NCBI GenBank assembly: GCA_951406725.2
Contig: OX597825.1
Location: forward strand, 64,294,001-64,358,000
DNA from: Octopus vulgaris
Taxonomy: Eukaryota
Length of the DNA: 64,000 nucleotides
Direction of reading: 5' to 3'
In this document: positions 26,376 to 42,000 of the stretch, piece after piece
How positions within the stretch are numbered: position 1 is the first letter of the stretch
Layout: the number at the start of each line of letters is the position of its first letter
The notes under the pieces: model-generated
Seen by the model: only the letters and a program-made list of their open reading frames with translations
What the model was told of the DNA's origin: nothing
Database searches by the model: none
Program-made: the position numbers and the translations under genes

Positions 26376-26767
26376 TCGAGCTGGCAGAAACGTTAGCGCA
26401 CTGGGCGAAATGCTTATTGGTATTTCGTCTGCCGTTACGTTCTGAGTTCAAATTCCGCCGTGGTCGACTTTGCCTTTCATCCTTTCGGGGTCGATAAAAT
26501 AAGTACCAGTTACGCACTGGGGTCGATATAATCAACTTAATCCGTTTGTCTATTCTTGTTTGTCCCTTCTATGCCCCTTATGGGTCGTAAAGAAATAGGT
26601 ATTTCGTCTGTCTTTGCGTTCTGAGTTCAAATTCTGCCGAGGTTGACTTTGCCTTTCATCCTTTCAGGGTGGATAAATTAAGTACCAGTTGCGTACTGTG
26701 GACGTTCTAATCGACAGGCCACCTCCCCAAATATTTCAGGCCTTGTGCCTTGAGTAGAAAAACCAAT
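26376..26767 (+). mobile_element. SINE family D with internal partial duplication
   Basis: gagctggcagaaacgttagc...gagttcaaattccgcc head; the middle block is repeated at ~26600-26700. Confidence 0.88.
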
Positions 26768-26784
26768 ATTTGATGCAACGCTTT

Positions 26785-27470
<686 letters not shown>

Positions 27471-27988
27471 TCCACTCACACACATAGTCACACACAAACA
27501 CACATCGGGAAACGAAAACGACGTTCAGTTGAAGCATGTTCATGAAGAAAATTATTAACGTGACGTATACATAAGTAAGTATTATTAACGTGACGTACAC
27601 ATAAGTGACGTACACATAAGTGACGTACACATAAGCAAGTATGCGTCAAATTCATACGAGTACCATATTTCCGACCATTCTCATCAAACCAATCTTGAAT
27701 GGCCCTCACGCCTACTAAGAACCTTGTCTGGCATCTCCTCGAAAGAAGCTGTCACTGGTCCCTCCTTGGGCTTGGAATATTGTTTGCCGTTTCAGAATAA
27801 CTAACACAAGTATGCATTCTTTTTTCCAGTGCCCACCCGCCCAAGGAGATACACAACCCCATAGTTCTGGTAGGTCCTTAATGTCATGTTGTTTAGCAAT
27901 AACATAGGTGTAATCGCGCGTCTTTGGCTTCGATTACGCTGAAGAATTCTCACCCAGTGTGTCAGTGTATGTATGTGTGTGTGTATGT

Positions 27989-28025
<37 letters not shown>

Positions 28026-28143
28026 TGTACAAGAACATACATTTGGGTTCAAAACAATGGTAAGGATTAATGGTAAATAAGCAAATATATAAAAATGCAT
28101 GATTTAGAAAGGTTTGATGTCAATTTGATACTCGTATCTATAA

Positions 28144-28271
28144 GCGCAGGAGTGACTGTGTTGTAAGTAGCTTGCTTAGCAACCACATGGTTCCGGGTTC
28201 AGTCCCACTGCGTGGCACCTTAGGTTTCTACTATAGCTTCGGGCCGACCATATATATATATGTGTGTCTGT

Positions 28272-28356
<85 letters not shown>

Positions 28357-28547
28357 TGTGTCTGTGTTTTTCCCCCAACATCGCTTGACAACCAATGCTG
28401 GTATGTTTAGCGGTTCGGCAAAAGAGAACGATAGAATAAGTACCAGGCTTACAAAGAATAAGTCCTGGAGTCTATTTCAATGACTAAAAGGCGGTGCTCC
28501 AGCATGGCCGCAGTCAAATGACTGAAACAAATAAAAGAGTAAAAGAG
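28144..28547 (+). mobile_element. SINE family A, internally deleted
   Basis: Same head and tail as 18442-18848. Confidence 0.9.
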
Positions 28548-28779
28548 TATACGCATGCGGCGTACGATTTAAACATTTGTTTGTCCAAAGCAATTTCATA
28601 GAATTCTCCTTAATGTTAATGCTTGTTATCACACCTTCCGTTGGCTTTTGTTCAATACTTTCTGAGTAATAAGTTGTGATTATTTCAGTCATTTAATTGT
28701 TTTACTCTTCAGATTGCACTCATGTTAGTGTACGTCCTGGTAGATTATTTTATTCGAACGAAAAGACCTTAGTACTTGC

Positions 28780-29080
28780 TATTTTTTTAAGACTTGTTCT
28801 TATTTTTATCGGTCTTTTTTGTCGAACCACTAAGTTACGAGAACGTAATTACGTCAACACCAAATGTCAGTCGGTGGTAGGAGGTAAATACAGGCACAAA
28901 GACACACATATATATATATATATATATATATGCATATACATATATACGCCCAACCGACCCCCTTCACAAAAGAGTGAATTTGGTCGACCGGAGGATAAAT
29001 TGGAAGACACGCGTCCAGGGCGCCACTGGACTGAACCCGGAACAATGCAGTTAAGAAGCAAAGTCTCAAGTTACACAGAT
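28780..29080 (-). mobile_element. SINE family A, decayed
   Basis: Reverse-complement similarity to family A. Confidence 0.7.
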
Positions 29081-30288
29081 TTGAGAAAACTTGGAAAGTG
29101 CATCGTATGTGATGCCTAGGCGACTGGAAAATGCGTCTGGTGATCCACGTGGGATAGGCAGAACGGGCAAAGTGACAAGCTAGATGTATTTTAGCAAATG
29201 TAAATAGTATTATGATACTGAGCGACTTACACGAACCTTTAAGGGGATATCTGACTCTTTAGACAGGTCCTTGTTTAAGATGTAAATTCTTAGAATTCCT
29301 GTATGGTGGCTGATGGATTTAGTTCTTTCAAACCTTGAAAGACGGTTTTATTGGATTTTTAAATTCTTATGAAATTTAACTTTAATGGTGTGAAGGAAAG
29401 TTAATTATAAATGTGTATACTATTTTTTTTTATATATGTGTTACATGAGACATGGAAAACATTTCAAGGTTTTCGTAAATTAGAAAGGGTTAATCAAGGT
29501 GTTTAATTACTAAATAGTATCCTAGAGTTTTACTGCAGATTTTTAAATATTCACCAGGTTCTACTCTTTAAAAGGAAGCGATTTTTTTTCTCTAAATTCT
29601 AAGATGAAAAACATTCTAATCTGTTTGTGAAATGCTAAAGTGTTTTCTAGTCCTTTTATTAATTTTTTTTTTCGGAGTGGTTACAGTGTTTTCATGTTTG
29701 CTGTTTTGCTGTTGATAACCGTCTTTTTGTATCAGTCATATTATTCTGCTCCTCTGAAGTAGAGCTTTGAGGGTTATACTGCTTTAATTAACAGCAATCT
29801 GTCGGAACCTATGGATATTCATCGTATTCATATAACTATATCTACACATGCGTGTATATTTATATATTACATCACAAACATATATATTACATATGAGTGA
29901 ACATATATGAGTGTGTGTGTGTGTTTGTATATGTGTATGAGCATGTGTTGTGCGCGTGTCAGTGGTCATTTTTACGATTATTAACCATAACAAAATGTTT
30001 GGCGGGACTAGAACTATAAAATAAGTCAGAGATATAAAAAATACAATTACTAAGACGGATAGTACTGACTAAAGTTTGGAAGGTGGTGTCACAATTGGCA
30101 ACATTTCAATATGTGAGTCTACGTAGATAAGTAAAGAGTAAACAGAACATCATTTACGGTGAAACGTAATAGAAAACAATGGGAATATTTTAGATTAGGA
30201 AATAAAGTTCGGAAGACCTGTATAGTTTATGCATCAAAATAGAAGTAAGAATATTTATAAAAATGTGAGAAATCTATTACTACACACA

Positions 30289-30660
30289 AGAGTGGCTGTG
30301 TGGTAAGACACTTGCTTCCCAACCACATGGTTTTAGGTTCAGTCCCACTGCGTGACACCTTGGGCGACAGTTTCTTACTATAATCTCGTGCCGACCAAAC
30401 CTTGTAAGTGGATTTGGTAGACGGAAACTGAAAGAAGTCTGACGTATATATCCGTACATGTGTGTGTACGTATTTTTTATTTGTGTCTGTGTTTGTCCCG
30501 ATGTTGGCGTGTTTACGTTTCCATCACCAAGCTGTTCGGCAAAAAAAGACCGAGAGAATAAACTACTAGGCTTACGAAGAATAAGTCCTGGGGTTGATTT
30601 ATTCGACTAAAGGTGGTGCTCCAGCATGGCCGCAGTAAAGTAAACAAGTAAAAGAAAAGA
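30289..30660 (+). mobile_element. SINE family A
   Basis: Homology to the other copies. Confidence 0.9.
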
Positions 30661-31726
30661 ATATAGAAATAGTAAACGTAAATCATAATTTTTCGTGTGG
30701 ATGGTATTTTTGTAATGTCCGTTCTAAAAACAATTCTACATTTTTATTCCAAATATTCAAAATAATTTATACGTTATTTCGAGAGTATTCAAACACTACT
30801 CGGGTGAATGCAATGACATCTATGTTCCACTGATGAGGGCACATATGGTTTAAAAAAATCAGGAATTGTTAAGCGCTCGTCTTAAAATAAAATTATATTA
30901 CCATTCCCTATTAGCCTTTTTTTTTTTTCATTCAGTCACTCCTTGCTTCTATTTCTGTTATAAATTATCCATGTAATACATACGTTAACATTAAATTAAC
31001 AATTCTACACTCAAACTTCAGCTGACCTGGATGTTGACAATTGATCTTACATTAAATTGCGACATAAAAATTGTCGAAATATCACTACTATATCAGTTTG
31101 TCACAGCTAAAAGGTTATATATTTTCGTCTGGGATGGTGTGTAATTCTTAGATTGGCCTTAGGTTAGTCTGTTAGACTGGATTTAATATTGTCATTCTAG
31201 TAATGACGCCAGACGAAAATTAAGCAAGTCTGCAAATGTGAGGACATTTTTAGAAAATAACAAGACATATCTTATATTTATTATGGAATTATATCATAAG
31301 CAATAATTATACTTGATGCCTTTCCCTGCTACCGTTGTTGATGTCGCCGAACTTACATAAGAAGCAATTACATTATTTAATTCATTGTTCTTATTAAATG
31401 TTATATTTGACAATATGTGTCTGCACCATTGAAATTACGTCATCTGCTTTTTCTACAGAATATGTCATATGTCTGGATGGGCATTGCTGGTTTAGTGCTA
31501 TGACGAATATGTTTAGTTTGTCATTAGGGGTGGAATTGAATGCAATTTCATTAGATAAAAACAGAAGTTAAGTTTTCGTCTGAAGTTATATTCATTATTG
31601 TCTCTGATCTAATAAAAATCAAGCTATAATACTAAGGATTCATATCGTAAACGCATAGTTAAATAGCCTTTATCCATGCCATATGTTCAAATGAAATAGG
31701 TGTATTACATTTCTTTATAGAGTATA

Positions 31727-32133
31727 GGCGTAGGAGTGGCTGTGTGGTAAGTAGCTTACTTACGAACCACATGGCTTCGGGTTCAGTCCAACTGCGTGGC
31801 ACCTTGAGCAAGTGTCTTCTACTATAGCCTCGGGTCGACCAAAGCCTTGTGAGTGGATTTGGTAGACGGAAACTGAAAGAAGCCCGTCGTATATATGTAT
31901 ATGTGTGTGAGTGTGTATCTGTTTGTGCGTCTGTGTTTGACTCTTCCCAACATCGCTTGACAATCGATGCTGGTGTGCATACGTCCCCGTAATCTAGCGG
32001 TTCGACAAAAGAGACCGATAGAAAAAGTACTATGCTTACAAAGAATAAGTCCTGGCGTCGATTTGCTCGACTAAAGGCGGCGCTCCAGCATGGCCACAGT
32101 CAAATGACTGAAGCAAATAAAAGAGTAAAAGAG
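31727..32133 (+). mobile_element. SINE family A
   Basis: Homology to the other copies. Confidence 0.92.
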
Positions 32134-32988
32134 TCCAAGATGTATAGTTACATATTTCGGTTCGCTAATAGGTAGTTTCAGGTTCAATCCCACAGATTGA
32201 CAAGTTTCAAAATTTACCTACCAATGAGATAAAGGACAGGCTTTTTGTCTGGAGTAAGAGGACACTCTTGGACACATATTTCTCGTTCAGTAACCGACAT
32301 CTGCACATCACTTGCTTGGCCTTCTTTATACATACCTATATGCATATTTGCATTTATAATATTTATTCGAGCATCGCACGGCACTATTTGTAATACTTCG
32401 TCTTAGAGAAACACCTCAATCAGTTGATTGTGTTCATAAACCGGGACTTCATTTGCCAAACAAGGGGCTTTGACTTCTTTTGGGCTACTCAGTAAATGGC
32501 TCAGCAGAAGTCGTGAGCCAAACCGAAAACATTTATATTTTTCCGATACAGAAAAGGAATATACACTAATTCGTAGGAGAGATATTCAGGCTATAATTCA
32601 ATTACTATGTGCAACTGAAACGGCCTTAGATTAAAATTCTGAGGGCTGTTCACATTCACAGTATGTACATAAAAGTGAAACGGTACGTAGGTGCAATATT
32701 TGGTCTACCTCCGCTCCTTGTGAATTTTAGTTTCTTTTTTTTCTACAAATTTCAGTGCAAAATGTTGTTATTTCTATCATTCCTTTCTTGTATTCCTGTC
32801 AAGCATATATGACCAAATAGCCTATCCGAATATACACGCACGAAACACATATCTGGAAGGACTGTATTTGTTCTACTAAAAACTAATAAATATTCTTAAG
32901 GACTGTTATACGAAACTGAGACGTACATACGTTTATATGTTTATGTGTGTGTATGTTTATATTTATATATATATATATATATATGCAT

Positions 32989-34110
32989 TACATTGAATGT
33001 TGGCAAATCTGAGGCCTCATATATGCATGCATATGATGACGCAATTGACATATTTTGTTTCCGGATGAAACCCAGTGGAATTAATGATGGCCGATAGACT
33101 AAGCTTTGAACAAATGAAATTCATTCTAAAATGCTACTGAATTTGTGAAAACGCAGTTGAACTACAAAAGCAGTTTAGGAGGTTCAAACAGATCTACCAA
33201 TGTGACTTACCACCACCCACATTAGAGATAAGTTTGGACCAAGCGTTCCGGAAGACCAGGAAGATTGACAACCCCCACGAACCAAGAAGGAGGGATAGAA
33301 ACGTATCAGCAATGTCCAAGAAAATCTATGCAGCAAGCGAGTCGTGAGGTAGGTATGTCAAAATCGTCTGTCCAACACATTTTGAAGTGTTGCCAATGGA
33401 AAATTTACGTTTCAAGATTAGTCCATGCTAATGACGATGATCCAGACCGAAGAGTGCAGTATTGCAAGTGATACTTGGCACGATGTGTAGAAGATGCATA
33501 CTTTCCAACAAAGTTTGATTGGAGTGATGAGGCCACATTCAAATTAAATGGTTGAATTAACCACCAAAATTGCACCTACTGGGGACCTGAGAATCTGAAT
33601 GTTATGGTGGAACACCATGTTAATTTACCAGGAGTTACAGTGTAGTGTGGATTAGTTGAACCCTTATTTTTTGACGATAATATGACTGGTCCCATTTAGT
33701 TGAACTTGCAGCAACAGTCTGTCATGCCAAGCATAAGAGAAGACTTTGAAGATGAGGGGTTTTGTTTTCAGCAATATGGGGCACCTCCACACTATCATCG
33801 CGATGTTAGATCCTTCTTTGATGAGACCTTGCTAAACAAGTGGATTGGACGAAGGGGTTTCGTTGAATACCCTCCACGTTCACCAGACCTCACACCACTA
33901 CACATTTTTATGGGGATGCCTAAAAGACAAAGTCTATGCTATGAATCCTGCAATAGTCGCTCATTTAAGAGCAGCTATGGAACTAGAATGCACACAAATA
34001 CCAAGCGAATTGTTTCGTGATGTTTGCGATTAACTTGCTTCACGTTGTCAGCAGTACCTGGACCAGAACGGACGTCAGTTTGAAAACAGTTGCAGACAAA
34101 ACAATAAAAT
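32989..34110 (+). mobile_element. Decayed Tc1/mariner element, DD41D (rosa-like) transposase
   Basis: WSDEATFKLNG, NCTYWG, FQQ[Y<D]GAPPH...WIGRRG..YPPRSPDLTPL[H<D] with 41 residues between the 2nd and 3rd catalytic positions; ends GRQFEN. Right TIR not seen. Confidence 0.85.
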
Positions 34111-34224
34111 AATGTCTGTAGATTCCATTAAATTTTGAAAACGAAACGTATTTTAATAAATACCTACGTTACCATTATCTAAAGTGTGTATACATTCTTT
34201 TGTGAGATTCTGTATATATATATT

Positions 34225-34437
34225 TCGTTTTTGGATTTGGTTTGCAAGACTCTTTATATGAGTTCGTGTGTTGAAGCATATTCTGTTGTGTCTGGGGAGA
34301 GTCATTCTTTTTTAGTGCCTTATTATTTAACACACACCGGTAAAATTTCCCCTTAAAAAAGAAATAAGTAGAAATTTTAACGGTGAGTGTGTTAAATAAT
34401 AAAGCACTAAAAGAGAATGACTCTCCACAGACACAAC
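34225..34437. repeat. Fold-back element between (TA)n tracts
   Basis: ~64-bp imperfect arms 34285-34348 / 34372-34437 plus a 60-bp left extension. Confidence 0.85.
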
Positions 34438-34649
34438 TGTATATATATATATATATATAATTATGTAACGTTATACAGCTGCTATTGTATATATACAATA
34501 CACCCACATACATATTGTTGACGTCATCTTGACTTTATAACTTTCGAGAAAGACTGAAATAATTATTTTATTTGAATAACTCAAAGCACGCACATAAATG
34601 TATCAGTAATCTCATGTATATCCCAGGTTCAAAAATTGTTTAGGATTCA

Positions 34650-34715
<66 letters not shown>

Positions 34716-34718
<3 letters not shown>

Positions 34719-35044
34719 ATTAATGATTTACCAACGATTTGCCTCACCACACACCGAATTTAGAAATAGCAGTCAAAACGTTTTGGTTATTCTTTCTACT
34801 TAAAAGGGAGATCCCAGTAAGTTTGCTTTTTAAGTGCTTTGGTTTTACTGGGATCTCCCTTTTAAGTAGAAAGAATAGCCAAAACTTTTTGACTGCTATT
34901 TCTAAATTCGGTGTGTTTAGGCAATTCGTTGCTAAACCCTTAATTACTTAGTATTACTTAAACTTTCCTTGAATGGGGCTTTTACATGCCGAACTCTACT
35001 TGGTGAAATTAATGATTATTTCTAAATTAATTAATTTCACCCTT

Positions 35045-35046
<2 letters not shown>
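34716..35046. repeat. Fold-back element between (TA)n tracts
   Basis: ~104-bp arms 34716-34820 / 34845-34947 plus a ~100-bp right extension. Confidence 0.9.
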
Positions 35047-35083
<37 letters not shown>

Positions 35084-35329
35084 GTTCGGAAATCATCATT
35101 TAGGAGATATTTGTATATATTATATATGTATGTATCCATCTCTCTCTTTCTCTCTCTTCCTCGATTTCTTTCTGTATCTCACTCTTTCTCTCTTTCTCAA
35201 TTTATTTCTGTATCTCCCCCCCTCTCTCTCTTTCTCCTTATATGTGTGTTATAGCCATATGTATATGTACGTATGTGTATACAAAAAAAACATATAGATG
35301 TCTCATATTTTACAAATAAATGAAATAGT

Positions 35330-35715
35330 CGCAGGAGTGGCTGTGTGGTAAGTAGCTTGCTTCCAGACCACATGGTCCTGAGTTCAGTCCCACTGTATGA
35401 CACTTTGGGCAAGTGTCCTTTACTATAGCCTCGGGCCGACCAAAGCCTAGTGAGTGGATTTGGTAGACGGAAACTGATAGAAGCCCGCCGTATATATATG
35501 TGTGTGTATGTTTGTCCCCCTACCATCGCTTGATAATGATGCTAGTGTGTTTACCTCCCCGTAACTTAGCGGTTCGGCAACAAGAGACAATAGAATCAGT
35601 ACTAGGATTACTAGGAATAAGTCCTGGGTCAGTTTGTTCGACTAAGGTGGTGGTCCAGCATGGCCGCAGTCAAATGACTGAAACAAATAAAAGAGTAAAA
35701 GAAAAGAATAAGAGA
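35330..35715 (+). mobile_element. SINE family A
   Basis: Homology to the other copies. Confidence 0.9.
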
Positions 35716-36759
35716 ATTTGAGTCTAGATAGAAACGATGTTGATGATAGCTGATGAAGACAACGACGATGAGGAAGAAAAGACGACGATGATGATCAAGA
35801 TGAGAGTGATACTAATGAGGAAGAGGAGGAGGAGGAGGAGGAGGAAGTAGATTATGATGACGTGAGGAGAAGGGAGAGGAATATGAACAGGTGAACGTGG
35901 AGGATTGTACTGATAATGATGATGGTAATTTTAATGGTCTTAAAACGATATATTTATCATGAACGTGAGACTCTTGAAATTAAAAGTAAAATAAAATAAG
36001 TATAAAATATAAAAGTGATACTCTGCGAAGAACATTCGAAATAGCTCTGAGCTGAAGTCTGGTAATTCTGATGTGTTTCGACTGTTTTGCCAAGCCTGTT
36101 CTTGGTCAGGCACCGTGTAATCCCCCAAGTCTTAACTGCAAAAGAAATTGAAGAATACGCTAGAAGCGAAGTTAAACACGCTTTAGAGACCCAATAGTTG
36201 TTATTGCCCGCAGGGAAATAGGAGCAGCCGACATGTGTGAAAAAAAAATGTCAGAAAAACAAAATAAATAAATTAACAAACATTTACGAACAATTCTAGA
36301 AAGAAAGAAAGAAAGAAAGAAAAAAAACAATGAAAACATGAAAAAAAAAACAAAAACTATGAAATCTTTGATGGGGGTACAGAGTGAAAGAATAAACCAT
36401 AAACACACAATCACACAAACACTCACACATATTCGCACATACATACGCACGCTCACACACACACATACACACGCACGCATGCGCACTGAGACAGACTCAC
36501 TCGCGTTCTCAAAGAAATACGAACACAAACAAGCATACACAGAAATACAAACAGAAATGAAAATGTATACTAAAAAAAAATCTAAAGCACACACGTATAA
36601 AAAGCAATCACAAGCAATCATGGGCGTACAAGAACAAAACAAAAACGTATAGAAACCCTATCACTCATACAAAACAAAAGTAGAAGATTAAAAAAGCTAA
36701 CTCACACGCACGTTCACCCATACATATATCTACACAGGAATAAAAAGTATATGCTAAGG

Positions 36760-37480
36760 TAGAGGAAGGGGGAGACGAGAGAGAGAGAGAGAGAGATTGT
36801 GTGTGTGGGAGAGAAAGTAGAAGAGCGATATAGTAAAGAGAGGGCCTCTATAGGTAACAGACGTAGACTGACAGAAATGAAAGGATGAGAGGGAGTAGCT
36901 GAGAGCAAGAGAGAAAGAGAGAGTGGGGGTAAAGAATGCCAGAATTAAAGAGACAAGAGAAATGAAGGAGAGTGGTAGAAAGTGATAAAGAAATAGTAAA
37001 AGAAAGGAGAGAGAAGGAAGAAGAGAAATATTGGCAGAGGGAAAAGAATAGAGGATGAGAGAGTAACTGAAAAGGAAGAGAGGGTCATATAGTAAAGAGA
37101 GAAGTAAATAATAGAGAAAGGAGAGACGAGAGAGATTATTAGAGAGTGGAAGAGAAAGCAAGGAGAGAGGTGAGAGTGAGAAAGGAGAGAGGGTGAGAGT
37201 GACAAATAGAGATAGAAAAAAGAGAACATGAGAAAGAGAGAGTAGGATTTGTGTGTAAGAAAGAGAAAGAGTGGGGAAGAAATGAAAAAGAGTGGCACCC
37301 CATAGAGAGTTTCTGAGGTATTTAGAGAGAGAGAGAGAGAGCGGAAAATGCGAAAGTGGCGGGGTAAGGAATAGAATTTGAAAACTATAGTGAAACCCAA
37401 GGAAAGCGTGAGGCAGCAGGAAGAAGTGAAAGACAACGAGAGACGGATAGAGAACGAGAGGGGAAAAAATAGCATTTCTG
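36760..37480. repeat. Purine-rich (GA) low-complexity tract
   Basis: Visible directly. Confidence 0.9.
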
Positions 37481-38223
37481 TATATACAAAATAAATGAGA
37501 AAATAATATGTAAAAAATAAAATAGGCTAACAACGAAAAACGAAACGAAAAATGAGAAAATAACGAGTTGAAGTGTGAAAGGAAAATGAAGGAAAATGGG
37601 TAGTGGCGTGTTGAATAAACAAATAAATGATATAAGTTACAATAAAGGAAATATAAGCCATTTTGTCAGCAATTAAGAAGCAAACAGTGAAATAACTTAA
37701 AAATAACGATAAAAGATAAGGCAAGTGTTCGCCATTTTGAATGAATGCTTGGTATGTCAATGTATGTGTCGGCGTGCGTAAGCTCTTGTTTGTTGCGTAC
37801 TGTTAGAAGGAGTGCAAGATAAGACAGATACACACGAATACATATGCGGATGAGCGGATGAATATATATGTGTATGTGCGTGCGTGTGTATATATGTATG
37901 TCTATGTATGTATGTATGTATATATATATATATATGCATATATATATATACATATATATATGTATATATGCATATAAATATATATATATATATGCACACA
38001 TACATATAGATAGATAGATAGCTCGGTAGACAGACATCAGACAGACATATAGATAGGTAGATAGATAAATAAATACATATAGTGATATATGTATATATGT
38101 ATATGTGAGTGTATATATATATATATATATACGTATGTATTAATGTATATATATATATGCTATTATGTAAATATTTATGTATATAAATAAATATACATAT
38201 ATATATGCATAGGTATGTGTGCG

Positions 38224-38255
<32 letters not shown>

Positions 38256-38782
38256 CAGAGAGAGAAGTGTGCCTGAGACAGCGAGTGAGAGAGAGAAAGA
38301 GAGATAGAAGGGATGTGCCTGCGACAGCGACTGAGAGAGAGAGAGTGAGACATATTGATATAGATATACATGTAAACCTACATACATTAATACGTTTGTG
38401 TCGGTGTATACGAGCGTATGTTAGACGTAATTGCCACAAAGCGTTTGTTTACCACTTTTCCAAGCAAAAATAATTTCAATTAATAAAGAACTTACATTTA
38501 ATGGTATTTAATGTATCTTTATTGGTCTTTTATGTCCCTATTCATGCCACAGGCCACTCTGATTTGTTTACTTGTTTACCTTAGTTCATTATGTTTCAAA
38601 AATTTTACATCTGTCTCCGCACACATACACACACGACACGCATACACGTGCTCACACACACATGTATATGTGTGTTGGTGTGCATGTATATATATATATA
38701 TATAGATAGATAGATAGATGCATGTATACACTCACACACATATGCATGTATGTATTTATATCTATTTGCATACATACACACA

Positions 38783-38836
<54 letters not shown>

Positions 38837-38841
38837 CATAA

Positions 38842-38920
<79 letters not shown>

Positions 38921-39029
38921 GACAAGAAATAATTTTGTCTCTTTTTATGGAAATAGAAGGGTTGAATTTGATGTTCGTTCTGTGCTCTCTCTCTCCACCC
39001 GTCTCTCTTTCTCTCTCTATATATATATA

Positions 39030-39087
<58 letters not shown>

Positions 39088-42000
39088 CACGCATACCTGT
39101 GTATTTTTATGTGTATGTTTGTAAGTGTGTATACATCAACAAGTATAATGTACGATCCAGTTACGCCGTCGTACACACACATATATATATTTAGATATAG
39201 ACACATACACACATATATGAAATTAATAGTAGTAAGGGAAGAGAAATGTAAGGAGGAGAAAAGAGATTGACAGAAACGGAGACAGACAAACTGATAGACA
39301 TAACATGGAGACGAGATGGTAATTGTCTACATAAGCACAAAAACACTGCACTTCTAAGTACACTGTTACAGAAAAGATATTACCAGATCTAGGCGAATAT
39401 CTCTCTCCGTCTGTCATACACATGTTTGTGAGAACATGCCTGTGTATATATGCATGCATACACACATCTGAGCTTGTATGTAAGATTAAACGTCGTAGTG
39501 TTCTATGTCTCTTTCTATGTTATGTCTGCCTTACTTCTAAATTGCTGACAAAGGATTATTCGACAGGTGATGAATGAGGAAATATATAAATACTAGCGAT
39601 TATATACCTAAATCCACATATGTTTGTATTTCGATATCTGGGCGTTTGCAAATGTGTAACCATGTTCGTTTGTTTGTTTTAATCGAACTAGCAGATTATT
39701 ACAGAATTGAGTAAATAAGTCAATAGGGTATTCAATATACACCAGCGTATTTATCCTGTAATCTGTCACTCAGTGTAAGAACAATAAATTTTGCAAGAAC
39801 ATTTTAACACGATATACATTTATTAAGCTAGTGCTAAATCATTGATTATACTATTTCATCCCGACTCTGTTCGGTCAAGTGCACTATACGATATTGCAAT
39901 GGATTATAAACGACCAGTTTCTAGAATGAAAACTTACGATCTAAAAATTGGTTTGTAAAACGTTGCTTCGTTATTTTGTATAAGCATGTGAGAGTAGTGA
40001 TTCTACATGATTTTGTGTACCATTGTCACAAAACACATCAACGCATATATGCACATTCGTGATCCTTATATAAGTGATAATCAGTTAAGATATAGAATGG
40101 TCAAATATTATTATTAAGAGAGTGGACATGATTAGTGTTCCAGTGTTATAAATCGATTATTCGTATGGAGTCCTTTGTTTATACTATGAAGAAACTTACA
40201 AACGGATAGGTGAAAAATGTGTATTTGAGACGAATTAATATAGCCGTATCTACATATTCGCTCGACCGGTAAGAATATCTGACGAATTTCCCGTAAATCA
40301 CACTCAGCTTTTTTAATCAAGAGAGAAATCCTTGGGTAACTTACTTCTAGATATGCAATGAATTGTGGTTCCTAGTTGAGTGTATCCCGTCATATATTAA
40401 GCTATATCAACGGAGGCATTGAGTCACGGTATTTGCCAATCAGAATAGTCCGCTGTCAGCAAGTCGGTACATAAAATAATTAAAGCTCCACTAAGTCTAA
40501 GGGGAAACTGATACCTTGAAAATCGACAGCTGTAAGGTTACTGAAGTTCCTAGTTTTACTTTTAAGAAAACTGTTTCTTTTAATGTTCCTTGAAAGATTT
40601 CCACAAGTAGCAGAAATACTGTGCCACGGATATGAAATGGAAAAGTACTGCAACGAGAAGCAAATATATTCTCCACTTCTCTCTGAGGGTTTCAACGCAT
40701 TAAGGAGAATTTCTAAAAACAGTTTTTATAAAACCCTTATCGCAAACCATTAAACATGCAACACTACTGAACAGAACTGCAACGGTAACATTAGAAATTA
40801 CTCTCGCGTACAACCCATGTTTATATTAAAAACGCAGGCTTGTATATTCTGATATAACATCGGCCTACCAATGGTAGGCATTGTGTCCAGATTCACACCA
40901 ACAATAATTTGAGTAGGACATCTACTGCCACATTTTAATCGAGTGCCTTTTGTATATTTTCTCTTCGGTCGCAACCAGACTCTAAGTTAGTACATATATT
41001 GTCTGGATAACATACGATTGATCATATTGGAGAGTACATTACTGTCCTAACTTATCTACAGATATAATAAGCTTCTGACGCGGATAAGTTTAATAACTGA
41101 GTTGAATACGTCTAAACGATGAGATAATTTCTCACAGGTATCCTGGAGTTAAAACATGAACAGTGTATGTGTGTGTGTGTTTGTGTGTCTATGTGTGAGT
41201 GTGTGCGTTTGTCCGTCTGTGTGTGCCTGTCCGTCTGTGTGTGTGTGTGTGTATGCATGTGTTTGTGTGTGTGTCTAAATGATTCTGATTAAGATATAAG
41301 GACGAGGATGAGCATGATGTTCGAGAAATTTACTTCTATGGAAGCAATGGCGGCGGAGATGATGACGGTGGTGGTTGTGATGGTGTCATTCTGGTGTTGG
41401 CGATGGTTTGCTGAAGGGGATGGAAATAACAGTCGGGGTGTATCTTTATCATGATGATGTTGATGACGATGATGAGGATCATAATGATAATGAGCAGAAG
41501 AAGAGAAAGACCAGGAGAATAAGGCGAAAGAGCAGAAAAGGAAATCTGGCCGTTGGAAAGAGTACAATATAACTTCGAACTCATATTGATTGAGATAGAT
41601 ATGATAACAATACAACTGGTAGTGGAAGATTAATTTTGCTATTACGTACACTATGTCAGACATGCGCATTGGTAGATAAAGGAATATGATTAAATGAAGG
41701 AATACAAACGCATACATATTTACAAATACATCCTCGATCAAATGTATGTAACCTTAAAAATGCTCCTGTGTCATCTTCCTTTCTTGAAATCAAATGATGT
41801 TTTGTATTCAGATTTTAAGAAATGAAATAAAGAATTTATGTTTATTCATAACGAAGATTAATAATCGATATTTTTCATATTCATATCTTTTTAGACGTTG
41901 TCTTAATCAGTTTAATCAAAATATCACCAAACTATTTCCTGTTTTTTGTTTGTCATTTTTTTCTGTTTGTTTATGTTTTTGTTTTTAATAATGACTTCTT

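Noticed and set aside
27551-27636. CRISPR-like array
   Set aside because: Tandem units without unique spacers; eukaryotic context.
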